Source of the DNA: a virus
Length of the DNA: 64,000 bases
IMG/VR virus record: IMGVR_UViG_3300012920_000025
Coordinates: 22,539 to 86,538 of that record
Direction: 5' to 3' (one strand)
The position numbers and the translations under genes were made by a program. Below the pieces are notes generated by a model. That model was not told the DNA's origin and made no database searches. It saw only the letters and a program-made list of their open reading frames with translations. Positions 39,313 through 49,451 of this stretch are shown here, piece after piece (position 1 is the first letter of the stretch; the number at the start of each line of letters is the position of its first letter).

Positions 39313-39683
39313 ATTTAAAGAAATTAAAACCTATATTTTATGAAAACTCAAGAGTTCCCATCTGGTTGTCGAAGATCGCACCTATCAATGTGTGGGCAAA
39401 TTCATTTGCAATCTGGGTTTGGTGCAGAGGAGAGATGTCAGAAAAAACTAAGAGGCACGAGACGATCCATTTTCAGCAGCAACTGGAACTTGGATTCGCC
39501 TTACATTGGATATTGTACGCCTTATCGTGGACAGCGGGTTACATCAGGTATGGAAATGGTCGAGATGCATACTACAATTGTATGTTCGAAAGAGAGGCAT
39601 ATGACAATGACCAGGATGAAGATTACCTTGAAAACAGACCACGCTTTGCATGGATTAAATATATCGGGAGACCAGTGTTATGA
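39309..39683 (+). CDS. HExxH zinc metallopeptidase-like protein
   Basis: RHETIH...FEREAY. GGAGG RBS. Confidence 0.6.
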   Translation: MNLKKLKPIFYENSRVPIWLSKIAPINVWANSFAIWVWCRGEMSEKTKRHETIHFQQQLELGFALHWILYALSWTAGYIRYGNGRDAYYNCMFEREAYDNDQDEDYLENRPRFAWIKYIGRPVL

Positions 39684-40594
39684 TTATCAAGAATGGATCA
39701 AGAGGTGAAGACGTCAAAGAACTTCAGCGAGCACTTAAAGTCCTTGGATACAACGTTGGTGTGTCGGACGGTATCTTCGGCACCGCTACAGAGATACAAG
39801 TAGAGAAGTTCCAAGAATCGGTAGAACTACATCCAGATGGAATTGTTGGGAAGGGCACACTCAAAGAAATAAATGAGGCACTCGACAAATCTGGAAACTC
39901 TAACTTGAAGTTCGAACTAGGGGACTATCCAGACCCAGAAGAACCATCAAATAGAATGTCTTGGACAAAAGTAGAGGCGGACCAAGTGGAAGGTAGTAAG
40001 GGTTATTCATACTTCAGGTTGCGAGAGGACGCAGCAAAAGCGTACAATGCGCTCAGGTATGAAGTCTTGTCTTTGGGTGGCGTCATCACTAGTGCTGGCG
40101 CTAAGAGACCACTATCTGATAGCAAGAGGATGAAAAGTAGGTCAATTAAGTCGCTACACTACACCGGACTTGCGTTTGATATGGCACTTGACTCCGGTAT
40201 GAATAACCCAAAAAGGGAAAGGTTTGTTATCGAGGAACTAGATGATAGAGAGTGGAACGTTTGGTGTAGAACCAGCAAAGAAAGTGTCGACATCAGGAAG
40301 ATACAGGGTTATACTTACAACAACACTAAAGTAACGGTTGAAGATAGGTTCTTTTCTTTTACTGATATTGCGAAGAAGCATGGGTTTCACCCTATCAAGT
40401 CCAGAAGATCTTTTAAGAAGGGTGGTAGTTATCTCGGAGCAGAATGGTGGCACTTCCAGTATGAGAAGGCACTAGAACCAGGTACATCAACCTTTGGCGG
40501 AGAACTGTTGAAGATTTACACTCTTGCAGAATGCAGGAACTTTGGTCCATGGGAAACTGTAAAGCACTGTACGTGGCAAGAAAGTTGGTGGTAA
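39680..40594 (+). CDS. Endolysin: peptidoglycan-binding domain plus M15-type peptidase
   Basis: GSRGEDVKELQRAL...DGIFG...DGIVG, then SLHYTGLAFD and EWWHFQY. Confidence 0.85.
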   Translation: MIIKNGSRGEDVKELQRALKVLGYNVGVSDGIFGTATEIQVEKFQESVELHPDGIVGKGTLKEINEALDKSGNSNLKFELGDYPDPEEPSNRMSWTKVEADQVEGSKGYSYFRLREDAAKAYNALRYEVLSLGGVITSAGAKRPLSDSKRMKSRSIKSLHYTGLAFDMALDSGMNNPKRERFVIEELDDREWNVWCRTSKESVDIRKIQGYTYNNTKVTVEDRFFSFTDIAKKHGFHPIKSRRSFKKGGSYLGAEWWHFQYEKALEPGTSTFGGELLKIYTLAECRNFGPWETVKHCTWQESWW

Positions 40595-40604
40595 AGAAAA
40601 TAGC

Positions 40605-40633
40605 TTGACATTCAATCAAAGATTCCCTATATT
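40605..40633 (+). promoter_or_regulatory. Sigma70-type promoter
   Basis: TTGACA-17 bp-TATATT. Confidence 0.65.
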
Positions 40634-40663
40634 ATATAAACAGCAACAAGAAAGGAATAGAGT

Positions 40664-41623
40664 ATGAATCTCGGATATGCATGCATTAACATGAACCTAT
40701 CTACACTTCCCAAATCAAAGCGAGTCACGACGAATCGCTCCATGATCAAGAAGACCTTCCAGCAGAAGGGTATTGCCTACGCATCAGAGTTGGGATTGCA
40801 GAACTGCAGAGACCTTCTGACTATTCTGCAGTGGAACGAAGCAAACGGTATCAAGTTTTTCCGAATGACTTCGGATCTCCTACCTTGGTCTTCAGAGTAC
40901 AACCTCAAAGACTTGCCTGACTATGAAGACATATGCTATTGGCTTTGCGAAGCAGGGATGTTCGCAGAAGAACATGGACATCGTATCACTACACACCCTG
41001 GTCCGTTCAACGTGCTTGGTTCACCAAATGAGAACACGGTTCGTAAAACTATCAAAGACCTTGAAACACACTCAGAAGTGTTCGACCTGATGGGTCTACC
41101 TGATACCCCTTATGCTAAGATTAATATTCACATCGGTGGTACATATGGTGGCGACTTCTCAAATACAGCAGACCGTTGGTGTCGCAACTTCCTAAAGTTA
41201 TCGCCCAACTGTCAAAACCGCATCACGGTGGAGAACGACGATAAGGCATCAATGTGGTCTACTCGCCATCTGTATGATTACATTCATAAAGTAATTCACA
41301 TTCCTATTGTGTTTGACTATCATCATCATCGATTTTGCACAGGTGGACAGACTGAAGGCGAGGCACTACAACTTGCAGCATCAACTTGGCACGGCGTGAC
41401 ACCGGTCGTACACCTATCTGAGTCTCGCCGCGAGGAACAGGGCGATGTGAAGATCAAAGAACAAGCACATTCAGATTATATTTACAAACCAGTTGATAAT
41501 TATGGTGTCAACTATGATATGATGCTAGAATGCAAGAAGAAAGAACTTGCATTGATTAAGTATCGAGCAATACTAAACATGGAGATGATAATAAGTGGTT
41601 CAGAAGAAAAGGCATATTGCTAA
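40664..41623 (+). CDS. uvsE: UV-damage endonuclease
   Basis: LGYACIN, FFRMTSD, HPGPFNVL, INIHIGG, ENDDK, VFDYHHH, AHSDY and MLECKKKE. Confidence 0.9.
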   Translation: MNLGYACINMNLSTLPKSKRVTTNRSMIKKTFQQKGIAYASELGLQNCRDLLTILQWNEANGIKFFRMTSDLLPWSSEYNLKDLPDYEDICYWLCEAGMFAEEHGHRITTHPGPFNVLGSPNENTVRKTIKDLETHSEVFDLMGLPDTPYAKINIHIGGTYGGDFSNTADRWCRNFLKLSPNCQNRITVENDDKASMWSTRHLYDYIHKVIHIPIVFDYHHHRFCTGGQTEGEALQLAASTWHGVTPVVHLSESRREEQGDVKIKEQAHSDYIYKPVDNYGVNYDMMLECKKKELALIKYRAILNMEMIISGSEEKAYC

Positions 41624-41801
41624 AGCGCTTACATGGAGATTAGTCGGGACAATGGATACGTTCCTATTGGCATGGTTCTTGACAGGTAGTATAGAATTGG
41701 GCGCTGCTTTTAGTGGTATTGAAATATTAACAAAGACAATCCTTTATTATATTCACGAGAGAACGTGGTATAGTTTTAAGTGGGGCGTGGACAAAGATTG
41801 A
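41595..41801 (+). CDS. DUF2061-like small membrane protein
   Basis: RHIAKALTWRLVGTMDT...YYIHERTW. Confidence 0.75.
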   Translation: MVQKKRHIAKALTWRLVGTMDTFLLAWFLTGSIELGAAFSGIEILTKTILYYIHERTWYSFKWGVDKD

Positions 41802-41983
41802 AAAAAGGCGACCTTGTTGAATACACACACTGGGAAGACGATCCTCTGCTCACACCAAGGACAAAGGTGGGAATAATATTGGAGGAACCAAACGAGGTTG
41901 GCAAGTTGCGCGTCTTGTTTGGTAACATAAAGATGTGGGTATGGTCCGGTGACATAAGGATATTAAGCAATGTTGGTGGATGA
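41780..41983 (+). CDS. Small SH3/KOW-like protein
   Basis: KKGDLVEY...GIILE. Start codon uncertain. Confidence 0.5.
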   Translation: MGRGQRLKKGDLVEYTHWEDDPLLTPRTKVGIILEEPNEVGKLRVLFGNIKMWVWSGDIRILSNVGG

Positions 41984-42092
41984 GATAGAGTGGCAAAATG
42001 TTGTCACTATGGAAAACAAAGAGTGGTATATAGGAGCGGTTGTGCTCTTGTTGTTGTTGCAGGCATATATATTTTGGAAAACTAGACCATGA
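41970..42092 (+). CDS. Small membrane peptide (40 aa, not in the ORF track)
   Basis: MLVDEIEWQNVVTMENKEWYIGAVVLLLLLQAYIFWKTRP, with an ATGA overlap into 42089. Confidence 0.4.
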   Translation: MLVDEIEWQNVVTMENKEWYIGAVVLLLLLQAYIFWKTRP

Positions 42093-42523
42093 AGTATGAG
42101 AACAATGTTAAAAAAGGTGACATGATTTTGACTGAGATTGGTTCTGCTGTGCTTGTGAGAGAAACAAGAGCTAAGTGGTTTTACTTGTTCAGGAGCAAGA
42201 TCATAGGTATCCGTAAGTCAGAGTTTTGGGAAATGGTAGATATGGGAAAGTTGGGCATTTCATATGCCTCCAATAAAAAATATAGAACAAAGCAAAGAAA
42301 ATACAGGACTCTTGATCTAACAAAGACACACGCAACTGAAGATCATGAGGGATTGTTTTTAGACTTTTTGGATTTCGCTAAACCTCCTTTTAATATTGCG
42401 TACAATGTATATTCGGACCTTGACCTTGACTTTTTTGTTGACAAAGCAAGCAAACTTGGGTTAGAATATGAAATAGATAGAGCGAGATTTGGGACAAACT
42501 TATTAAGGATATATGATGCTTGA
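42089..42523 (+). CDS. Hypothetical protein
   Basis: 144-aa coupled ORF. Confidence 0.5.
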   Translation: MKYENNVKKGDMILTEIGSAVLVRETRAKWFYLFRSKIIGIRKSEFWEMVDMGKLGISYASNKKYRTKQRKYRTLDLTKTHATEDHEGLFLDFLDFAKPPFNIAYNVYSDLDLDFFVDKASKLGLEYEIDRARFGTNLLRIYDA

Positions 42524-42770
42524 AGCAACAATTTACCTCTTCAGCGATGGAGAGTGGACAACTAGAACTACAACATTTCCATTCAAAACTGAAGCAACCC
42601 TAAAAAAGCACTTGACTTCAATCTACGGAAAGAGTAAGATGGAAGATGTGTTTTGGGACATTATTGAACCCGAACCAGAAGAGGGTCTTGAAGAAATTGA
42701 AACAGAACCAGACACAGAACTCGGTCTATATTTTAAAAAGAAAGGCATAAAAAAGAAGGTCAATAAGTGA
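42513..42770 (+). CDS. Hypothetical protein
   Basis: 85-aa coupled ORF. Confidence 0.5.
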   Translation: MMLEATIYLFSDGEWTTRTTTFPFKTEATLKKHLTSIYGKSKMEDVFWDIIEPEPEEGLEEIETEPDTELGLYFKKKGIKKKVNK

Positions 42771-43327
42771 AACCACCTGAGTTAAAAATATTTACTGGTC
42801 CGATGTTTGGTGGCAAAACAACAAGGATGCTTGCAGTACTGGAGAGGTACAGATATCAGCACAGGAACGTTGTATTGTTTAAACCAAATGTTGACAAGAG
42901 ATATTCTGATAGCAAGGTGGTAACACATAAAGGGCAGGAGCACACCTCTATACTAGTGAGTGTTGGATCGGAGATCCTTGAGCAGGCACTGAACGCCGAT
43001 GTCGTGGCAGTAGATGAACTGTTTATGATTCCTGGTTCTGCTGATGCTTGTCTTGAGTTATACAAGATGGGAAAGACTGTGTTGGTTTCAACGCTACAAC
43101 TCTCCTCTCATCCTGACGGATATAACTCTTTTAGGGAAGTGAAGGACTTGATGCCATGGGCAACTAAGATAGAGGTGTGCCCTGCAGTTTGCTCGGAGTG
43201 TGACAGGGATGCCTATTACACAAAAAGGTTGGAGGGTAAGCAGGACAGTGATATATTGGTTGGAGGCGCTGAGTCTTATCAACCTGTGTGCTGGAAACAT
43301 TCCATTATAGGCAAAACAAAGATATGA
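42767..43327 (+). CDS. tdk: Thymidine kinase
   Basis: GPMFGGKTT, VAVDE, CSEC and VGGAESYQPVCWKH. Confidence 0.9.
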   Translation: MKPPELKIFTGPMFGGKTTRMLAVLERYRYQHRNVVLFKPNVDKRYSDSKVVTHKGQEHTSILVSVGSEILEQALNADVVAVDELFMIPGSADACLELYKMGKTVLVSTLQLSSHPDGYNSFREVKDLMPWATKIEVCPAVCSECDRDAYYTKRLEGKQDSDILVGGAESYQPVCWKHSIIGKTKI

Positions 43328-43417
43328 AAAGCGCAAGGAGAAATCAGTGAAGATTTAAAAAAGCAAAATTATGTTTAGATAAAATGATTGAAAAAATAAC
43401 CAAACAGGAGAAATAAA

Positions 43418-43855
43418 ATGGGAAAGAAAACAATCGCAAAAGCAGGACGCAGTGTTCAAGTTCATTACAAGGGCACATTTAAGGACGGAACTACGTTTGA
43501 TAGTTCTTATGAGAGAGGAGAACCGATTAGTTTTACTGTAGGTGCAGGTGAGATGATTCCTGGATTTGATAGTGCTGTCACAGGCATGAAGGTAGGACAA
43601 ACAAAAAACATATCAATCGCTTCAGATGAAGCGTACGGTGCTCACAATCCAGAAGGAGTACAGGAAGTAAACAAGGAACACTTTCCTGAGAATTTTGAGT
43701 TTGAGACTGGAGTTGTCATTGAGGGTCAAGTGGGCACTCAACCAGTCAGGGGTATCATTAACTCAATCAACGAAAGCACTGTGACAGTTGATTTTAATCA
43801 TCCGATGGCAGGCAAGGATCTTAACTTTGAAATAGAGTTGGTGAAAGTTGTCTAA
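43418..43855 (+). CDS. FKBP-type peptidyl-prolyl isomerase (SlyD/FkpB-like)
   Basis: VHYKGT, FDSS, MIPGFD, EAYG and VDFNHPMAGKDLNFEI. Confidence 0.9.
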   Translation: MGKKTIAKAGRSVQVHYKGTFKDGTTFDSSYERGEPISFTVGAGEMIPGFDSAVTGMKVGQTKNISIASDEAYGAHNPEGVQEVNKEHFPENFEFETGVVIEGQVGTQPVRGIINSINESTVTVDFNHPMAGKDLNFEIELVKVV

Positions 43856-43872
43856 AATACTCTATTTAGAGT

Positions 43873-45989
43873 ATGGATAGAGCATTTAAGGTTGGTCAAA
43901 AGGTCTATCTCAGGGACTATCCCTGGGGTAAACCTTTAAATATATTTGGTAAAATTGTTGGATATATTAGCAAGGATACATACAATGTCCTCTTATCCAA
44001 CGGAATAAACGCAGGGACAATAAGATCCTTTAGAGAGTGGAGTTTAACGAAAGAAGAATGTCCCGCAACAGTTCAGAAACAAGAAGAGGTAGGGGATACC
44101 ACTGGAAATCATTTCACGCTGACCGATATGGAATAATGCAATCAGAGTGTTCAGGTTATTTTATTGACAACCTAGACACCAAGTCTATCGAAGAGGCGAA
44201 AGGTACATTTGAAAAAATATTTATTCACATCCGAGAGGTAATGAGTGGTTTAAGAGGGACACCACTTGAAGATGAAGATTTAAATATCTGCCACCAGATC
44301 GCACGAACTCTATCAAGGAAATTTAAAGAGATTTGAGAATTAGGAAGAAAGATCTGAAAAGGGGTATGCTCGTCAAGTTAGATGACAGAGACTGGTCTAA
44401 TTTTGTCGATACCTCAAACATTGGTGTGGTTATGTCCTGGGAAGGAAAGTCGGTAGACGTGCTTTTTGTTAACGGTGTTCGTGAAAAGCATTGGATCTGG
44501 AGTTTATGTGAAGTAGGTGATAGTTGGAGATCTTGTTAGATGGGTGCATGAATACACGGGTGAGACAAGCATATTGTATATTGTGGAAGTTGTTGATGAA
44601 AACACAATCAAATGCTTATTCCCTTATGGTGCATACCAGACCATGAAAAAATCAAGGGTAACTCTGTTCGATGATTATAAAGATCACAAACCTACATAAT
44701 ATAGGGGGTTTGTTGTAATGTGGTTTTGGAATTTGGTTAAGATAAATGCTTTTCTTGACATTTTCAGTGTGGTGTGTATAATAGGATTAATACTGAAAGT
44801 CAGATCATTAGAAAAAAGGATAGAGAATGAAAGATTGTAAACGGGGCGAAGCAGTTCTTTTTGTAGAAGATTATGATTTGTTTCATACAAATGTTAAAGA
44901 TTGCGAAGCAATGTTTTACAAGTATTCAACAATAGATGGCAAATGTCTTGTATATGTACCAATGGTAGAAGAATGGGCGGAACCACAGTTGTGCGCCTTA
45001 AAACAAAAAAAACCTGGACATGTGCCACAAAAGTATGCTAATTTATGCAAGCGTATTAAAGAGTTAGAGATCACAGCATAAGTTTGGAGTTAGAGATGAA
45101 GAGTTTGGTCTTGTTATTTTTGCTACTACAGGGTTGTTTGATTGTTCTAGACGAAGAGTGCGACCCCTATCACCCTGACTATGAATATACCGAGACGGAT
45201 TGTTATTACACTACGGGTACTTATAGGGTATGCAACAGGTACTATTGTTGGAATGAAACCAGAGAAACTCAGGTGTGTGATGAGTATCATGTTTGTCGCG
45301 AAGGGGTCTGGATACGATGACTAAACTCAAAGACAGTAGAACCATTAAACAAATTTCATATCTTCGTGATGGAGAAAGGAAAATTATAAACGCGACTGTT
45401 AGCGGAACTTTCAATCACCACTGGGTAGAAGAAACCAGCAGCGGCAGAAGGGTGGTCAGTAAAGAGTTGACAGCGAGAGAGTTGATAAGTCATCCTGATA
45501 TTATCTCTTGTGATCCGGTAATCACACTGAAGACAGGCGAAAAGATCAGAGTATTTGCAGGGGGAGACTCATCCTACTTGCCAGCAGTTGTAGATGGAAT
45601 CATTGAAAAAAATGATAAGTTTGAGATTATGAGGAGAAAGTTTCTTCAAAGCAAGAAAGATAGAGAGTCTGCTCGCACTAAAAACAAAGAAAAAGAGAAA
45701 ACAGCGTATGATACTGATGAATACGAAAATCCCTTTTGGGGATGGGATGATTACCATGATTAGACAGGAGTTTGACATTGGAGATTTAGTCAAACTTGTT
45801 GGACCAATCGGAGCAGCAGGAGAAATCGGACTTGTTACCGCAAGTAAAAGGATATCACCCCTGCCAGAAGATAAAGACTATCAATGGCATAGGGATGAAT
45901 ACAGATGTCGCATTAAGTTACCCACAGGTGAATGCGAGTGGGTAAGAGCAAAGTTCTTAAAAATATTTTCAAGAGCAAAAAACTCTTGA
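43873..45989 (+). other. Run of small hypothetical CDS (43873-44136, 44037-44336, 44333-44539, 44517-44699, 44827-45081, 45096-45320, 45317-45763, 45756-45989)
   Basis: Abutting or overlapping + strand ORFs. Several begin with G-(D/Q/M)-L-V SH3-like strands. 45096 has a lipobox (LQGC). TTGACA-16-TATAAT at 44755-44782. Confidence 0.55.
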
Positions 45990-46122
45990 CTTTTAAATAA
46001 ACAAAGGATATAATGATGTTAGAAGTTTTTGGAGAGATTGTTGTCTTAGCGGCAGCGATATTTATTGGTAGCGCCGCCTTTGATTGGTGGCGTAGAAGAA
46101 GCATGTAATAAAAGGAGGAAAC

Positions 46123-46299
46123 ATGAAGAGTTCTTTATCAAAATTTTGTTTTTATGCCTCACTGATGTCAGTGACGGTTTCAATTTTAACCTGGGTATCT
46201 GTCGGTGACGCAGATCCTGCCCACGCTGAGAGGTTCGGTATTTTTATTGGTCTTTGGGCCCCGACCTTGATGGGTTTGGCAAACTTTTACAAGGAGTAA
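46123..46299 (+). CDS. Two-TM small membrane protein (58 aa, not in the ORF track)
   Basis: AAGGAGG RBS, MKSSLSKFCFYASLMSVTVSILTW...AHAERFGIFIGLWAPTLMGLANFYKE. Confidence 0.6.
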   Translation: MKSSLSKFCFYASLMSVTVSILTWVSVGDADPAHAERFGIFIGLWAPTLMGLANFYKE

Positions 46300-46300
46300 T

Positions 46301-46528
46301 ATGACAGTTAATTTAGAAGAGTTCGCGAAGGTGTTTACCATTGTGTTTACAATGTCGGGTGTTATATTGATTTTAAGGCACCTCATTACAAACTATGAAG
46401 AAGAACAACCAGAGGAACTTGACAATCTTATTGATGTAGAGTTTAAACAGAACAGTTCAGACTTCATTGATTATGATGGCATGGGGAACCAAGGACGGTT
46501 CCCCGTTTCTAAAGCACGTCGGCAATAA
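46301..46528 (+). CDS. Small membrane-anchored protein
   Basis: N-terminal hydrophobic segment and C-terminal DYDGMGNQGRF. Confidence 0.5.
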   Translation: MTVNLEEFAKVFTIVFTMSGVILILRHLITNYEEEQPEELDNLIDVEFKQNSSDFIDYDGMGNQGRFPVSKARRQ

Positions 46529-46534
46529 TAGCAC

Positions 46535-46608
46535 GCCTCGGTAGCTCAGTTGGATAGAGCAACAGACTTCTAATCTGTGGGTCATAGGTTCGAATCCTAT
46601 CCGAGGTG
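46535..46608 (+). tRNA. tRNA-Arg(UCU)
   Basis: Acceptor GCCTCGG/CCGAGGT, D-arm GCTC/GAGC, anticodon arm ACAGA-CTTCTAA-TCTGT, T-arm ATAGG-TTCGAAT-CCTAT. CCA is not encoded. Confidence 0.95.
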
Positions 46609-46630
46609 CTTTTTTTAAAAAAGGATTAAC

Positions 46631-46837
46631 ATGAAAACATACAAGATAGAATATGTTCGTGTAGATAAAAAGTATGCAAGTGTTGTTGTAGAGGCGGATA
46701 GTAAAAAACAAGCAATCGAAAAAGCAAAAAGTATTGAATGGGAAGAGTTTGACGAGACAGAGACCGGTTTGCACACTTCGTGGGAAGTTAAAAAACAGTG
46801 GTGCTTTTTCAAGTTTGTAATCGGTCTTTTCAAGTAA
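46631..46837 (+). CDS. Small hypothetical protein
   Basis: VVVEADSKKQAIEKAK, similar to the 60405 ORF (IVIEADCEDDAYLEAK). Confidence 0.5.
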   Translation: MKTYKIEYVRVDKKYASVVVEADSKKQAIEKAKSIEWEEFDETETGLHTSWEVKKQWCFFKFVIGLFK

Positions 46838-47024
46838 TACGGGAGAACAATAAGTATGAGTTGGTTTTATATAATGTGGACTGTATGTGCGCTGTGTTTT
46901 GTCGCATCTCTTTATCTAACTGTAAAAGCGTTACACAAAGTTGCAAACATAAATACCGTTAGAATTAATGAAAACAAGAAAAGACTTGAAGAATTTGCAA
47001 AGAGGGTTCACGGAGTAGACGAAA

Positions 47025-47918
47025 ATGAATCTTAAAACACCACTGAGATACCCAGGAGGAAAGTCCAGGGCAATCAAGAAACTAAGTCCAGATTTGCCAA
47101 AGAGTTTCAAAGAGTTCAGAGAACCGTTCCTCGGAGGAGGTTCGATGGCGCTGCACATAACTCAGGACAGACCTGGTACTAAGGTGTGGGTAAATGATGC
47201 GTACTACAACCTATACAACTTTTGGGTTCAGTTGAGGGATAAAGGTGCAGCACTGCATCAGGAGTTAGCAAATATTAAAACACCCATTGAATACGTGTCC
47301 AAACCTCTACGAAAGAAGAAAGTTGACAAGTCACAATGGGATAAGTCTATCGTTGATAATATTGACAGACATAGATCTCTTTTCAACAAGGCGAGAGAGG
47401 AGATCTCTACAGTGGATGACTTTACCAAAGCAGTATACTTTTTCATACTAAATAAGTGTAGTTTTTCAGGTCTTGGTGAGAGTAGTTCATTCTCAGAGCA
47501 GGCATCAGAGCAAAACTTCAGTATGACTGGTATCAATAAGTTGCCGCTATACTCTAAATTAATCAAAGATTGGAAGATTACTAATCTTGACTATAATCAG
47601 GTAATGAGTATGCAAGGTGATAGTTGCTTTGTGTTTCTTGACCCTCCCTATGACATCAAGGATGATTTGTATGGAAAGAATGGCAATATGCACTCAGGTT
47701 TCGATCACATGAGATTCTATGAGGATGTCGTTAAGTGTGACCATGACTGGATGATTACATACAATTCAAACGAAGTTTTAAGAAAGAGGTTTTCAGATTA
47801 TTATTTCAACGATTGGGACTTGACATACACGATGAGATCTAGTAAAACATATACAGAAGCACAGAAAGACCGCAAAGAATTGTTAATAACAAACTATGAG
47901 AGGGGTAGTGGTGTCTAA
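47025..47918 (+). CDS. DNA N6-adenine methyltransferase, Dam/D12 class
   Basis: PLRYPGGKS, EPFLGGGS, VND and FLDPPY. Confidence 0.9.
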   Translation: MNLKTPLRYPGGKSRAIKKLSPDLPKSFKEFREPFLGGGSMALHITQDRPGTKVWVNDAYYNLYNFWVQLRDKGAALHQELANIKTPIEYVSKPLRKKKVDKSQWDKSIVDNIDRHRSLFNKAREEISTVDDFTKAVYFFILNKCSFSGLGESSSFSEQASEQNFSMTGINKLPLYSKLIKDWKITNLDYNQVMSMQGDSCFVFLDPPYDIKDDLYGKNGNMHSGFDHMRFYEDVVKCDHDWMITYNSNEVLRKRFSDYYFNDWDLTYTMRSSKTYTEAQKDRKELLITNYERGSGV

Positions 47919-48435
47919 TATTTCACAGAGAGACGAAGGATTTAATGGCGGTATCCAGTCGGGTACCACTGCATTTGACGAGGAAAGCAAGACGTTAGAT
48001 AGATACTTGAAGGTTGCAAGAGACAGACTTGCAGGTGAGTTTCCAAATCTGACGATGGTTAAAATGTTCGGTGAAGAACATAAAGAAAAATACCTTGGCG
48101 GTAACTTGACAGGATTCTCTCCCGATGGGGGAGCATGGTTTGATTCTAATGAAAACCTCGTCGCAGCATTTGAAGGCAAGAAGCAGAACAAGAGAGGCAA
48201 CGCCTACGAGCGATGGTTTAAAAATGCTCAAGTTGCTAACCTCTGTAATAAAGATGTGACATATGTTACGCTCTGCACAGGTACAGGTGCTCAGAAGGGC
48301 GAATGTTTAGATAAACTCAGGAAACTCGGTAAACTATTTTTTACATCTAAATACAAATTTTTTATGAAACCAGAGGGGATGACCTATCGCGAAGTGGAGG
48401 ATATTATGAGGTCTACTTTGAGAGGGTTGGCATGA
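47896..48435 (+). CDS. EcoRI/MunI-like restriction endonuclease
   Basis: SPDGGAW...AFEGKKQ...GNAYERWFKN parallels the EcoRI PDGG...EAKHQ...GNAIERSHKN motifs. Confidence 0.65.
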   Translation: MRGVVVSNISQRDEGFNGGIQSGTTAFDEESKTLDRYLKVARDRLAGEFPNLTMVKMFGEEHKEKYLGGNLTGFSPDGGAWFDSNENLVAAFEGKKQNKRGNAYERWFKNAQVANLCNKDVTYVTLCTGTGAQKGECLDKLRKLGKLFFTSKYKFFMKPEGMTYREVEDIMRSTLRGLA

Positions 48436-49451
48436 CTCCACTCTTCATGTGGGCAGGTGGTAAGACAAAACTCATAGACAACCACTACGGACCCTTCCTT
48501 CCAGAATGCTTTGACAAATATCACGAACCTTTCTTTGGCGGCGGCGCTATGTTCATTTGGGCATATAAGCAAAACCCTAATGCAAGTTTCTATATTAACG
48601 ACATTAACCATGATATTGTTAAGGTATACCAGACCATCAAGAACGATGTGTCAAACTTTATAAATATTGTTGATGACTATGAAGCAAAATATATCTCTCT
48701 TGATCCCCCGAAGATGAGGGATAAGTCATCCGGTAAAACAGTGTGGGTCGACCACCCAACTGGAAAGAAGGACGCAGACCTTGAGACTAAACATAAGTTG
48801 CCAAAGAACAAATATGATTGGCACAAGATATATGCAGAGAAGCAAACAAGAAGGACGTTCTTCTTTAAGACTAGGCAGACTTACCAGCAAGATTATAGGA
48901 AGTGGTCTAAGACTGAAGAGGCAGCGTGTCTTTACTTCCTGATGAAGACAGCATTCAATGGCGTCTGGCAGTTAGGTAAAGATGAGTACGGAAGATTTAA
49001 TACACCATGTGGTCTGATGCGTCACGACAATGACATCTACGATAAACAGAACGTCATGCAGTGGCATCAAGCATTACAGAACTGCAAGATTACCAGTCAT
49101 GACTTCTCAGATACAATTAGTGATATTAGTGGCGGGTCTTATGTTTTCTTAGATCCTCCCTATCGTTCGGCATCCGATGCAGAGCGAACCTTCGCTGACT
49201 ATGGAACTGAACTTGGTGACGAATTTCAACAAAAAGTTCTTGACTTCTTTCATGAATCATGGAATAATGGAGCATATTCTTTGTTATCGAACCGTGACTG
49301 GGGAGATAACTTCTTTGAAGATAGAAATAAAGGTTGCAAAATAGAATACTTTGATGTAACATATACCGTGGGTAGAAAAAAGAAGCAGGAAGACGACACC
49401 CACACAGCAACTAAGGCAACAGAGATTCTGATGATTGGAGAGCGAAAGTGA
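48432..49451 (+). CDS. DNA N6-adenine methyltransferase, Dam/D12 class
   Basis: PLFMWAGGKT, EPFFGGGA, INDIN, FNTPCG and FLDPPY. Confidence 0.9.
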   Translation: MTPLFMWAGGKTKLIDNHYGPFLPECFDKYHEPFFGGGAMFIWAYKQNPNASFYINDINHDIVKVYQTIKNDVSNFINIVDDYEAKYISLDPPKMRDKSSGKTVWVDHPTGKKDADLETKHKLPKNKYDWHKIYAEKQTRRTFFFKTRQTYQQDYRKWSKTEEAACLYFLMKTAFNGVWQLGKDEYGRFNTPCGLMRHDNDIYDKQNVMQWHQALQNCKITSHDFSDTISDISGGSYVFLDPPYRSASDAERTFADYGTELGDEFQQKVLDFFHESWNNGAYSLLSNRDWGDNFFEDRNKGCKIEYFDVTYTVGRKKKQEDDTHTATKATEILMIGERK

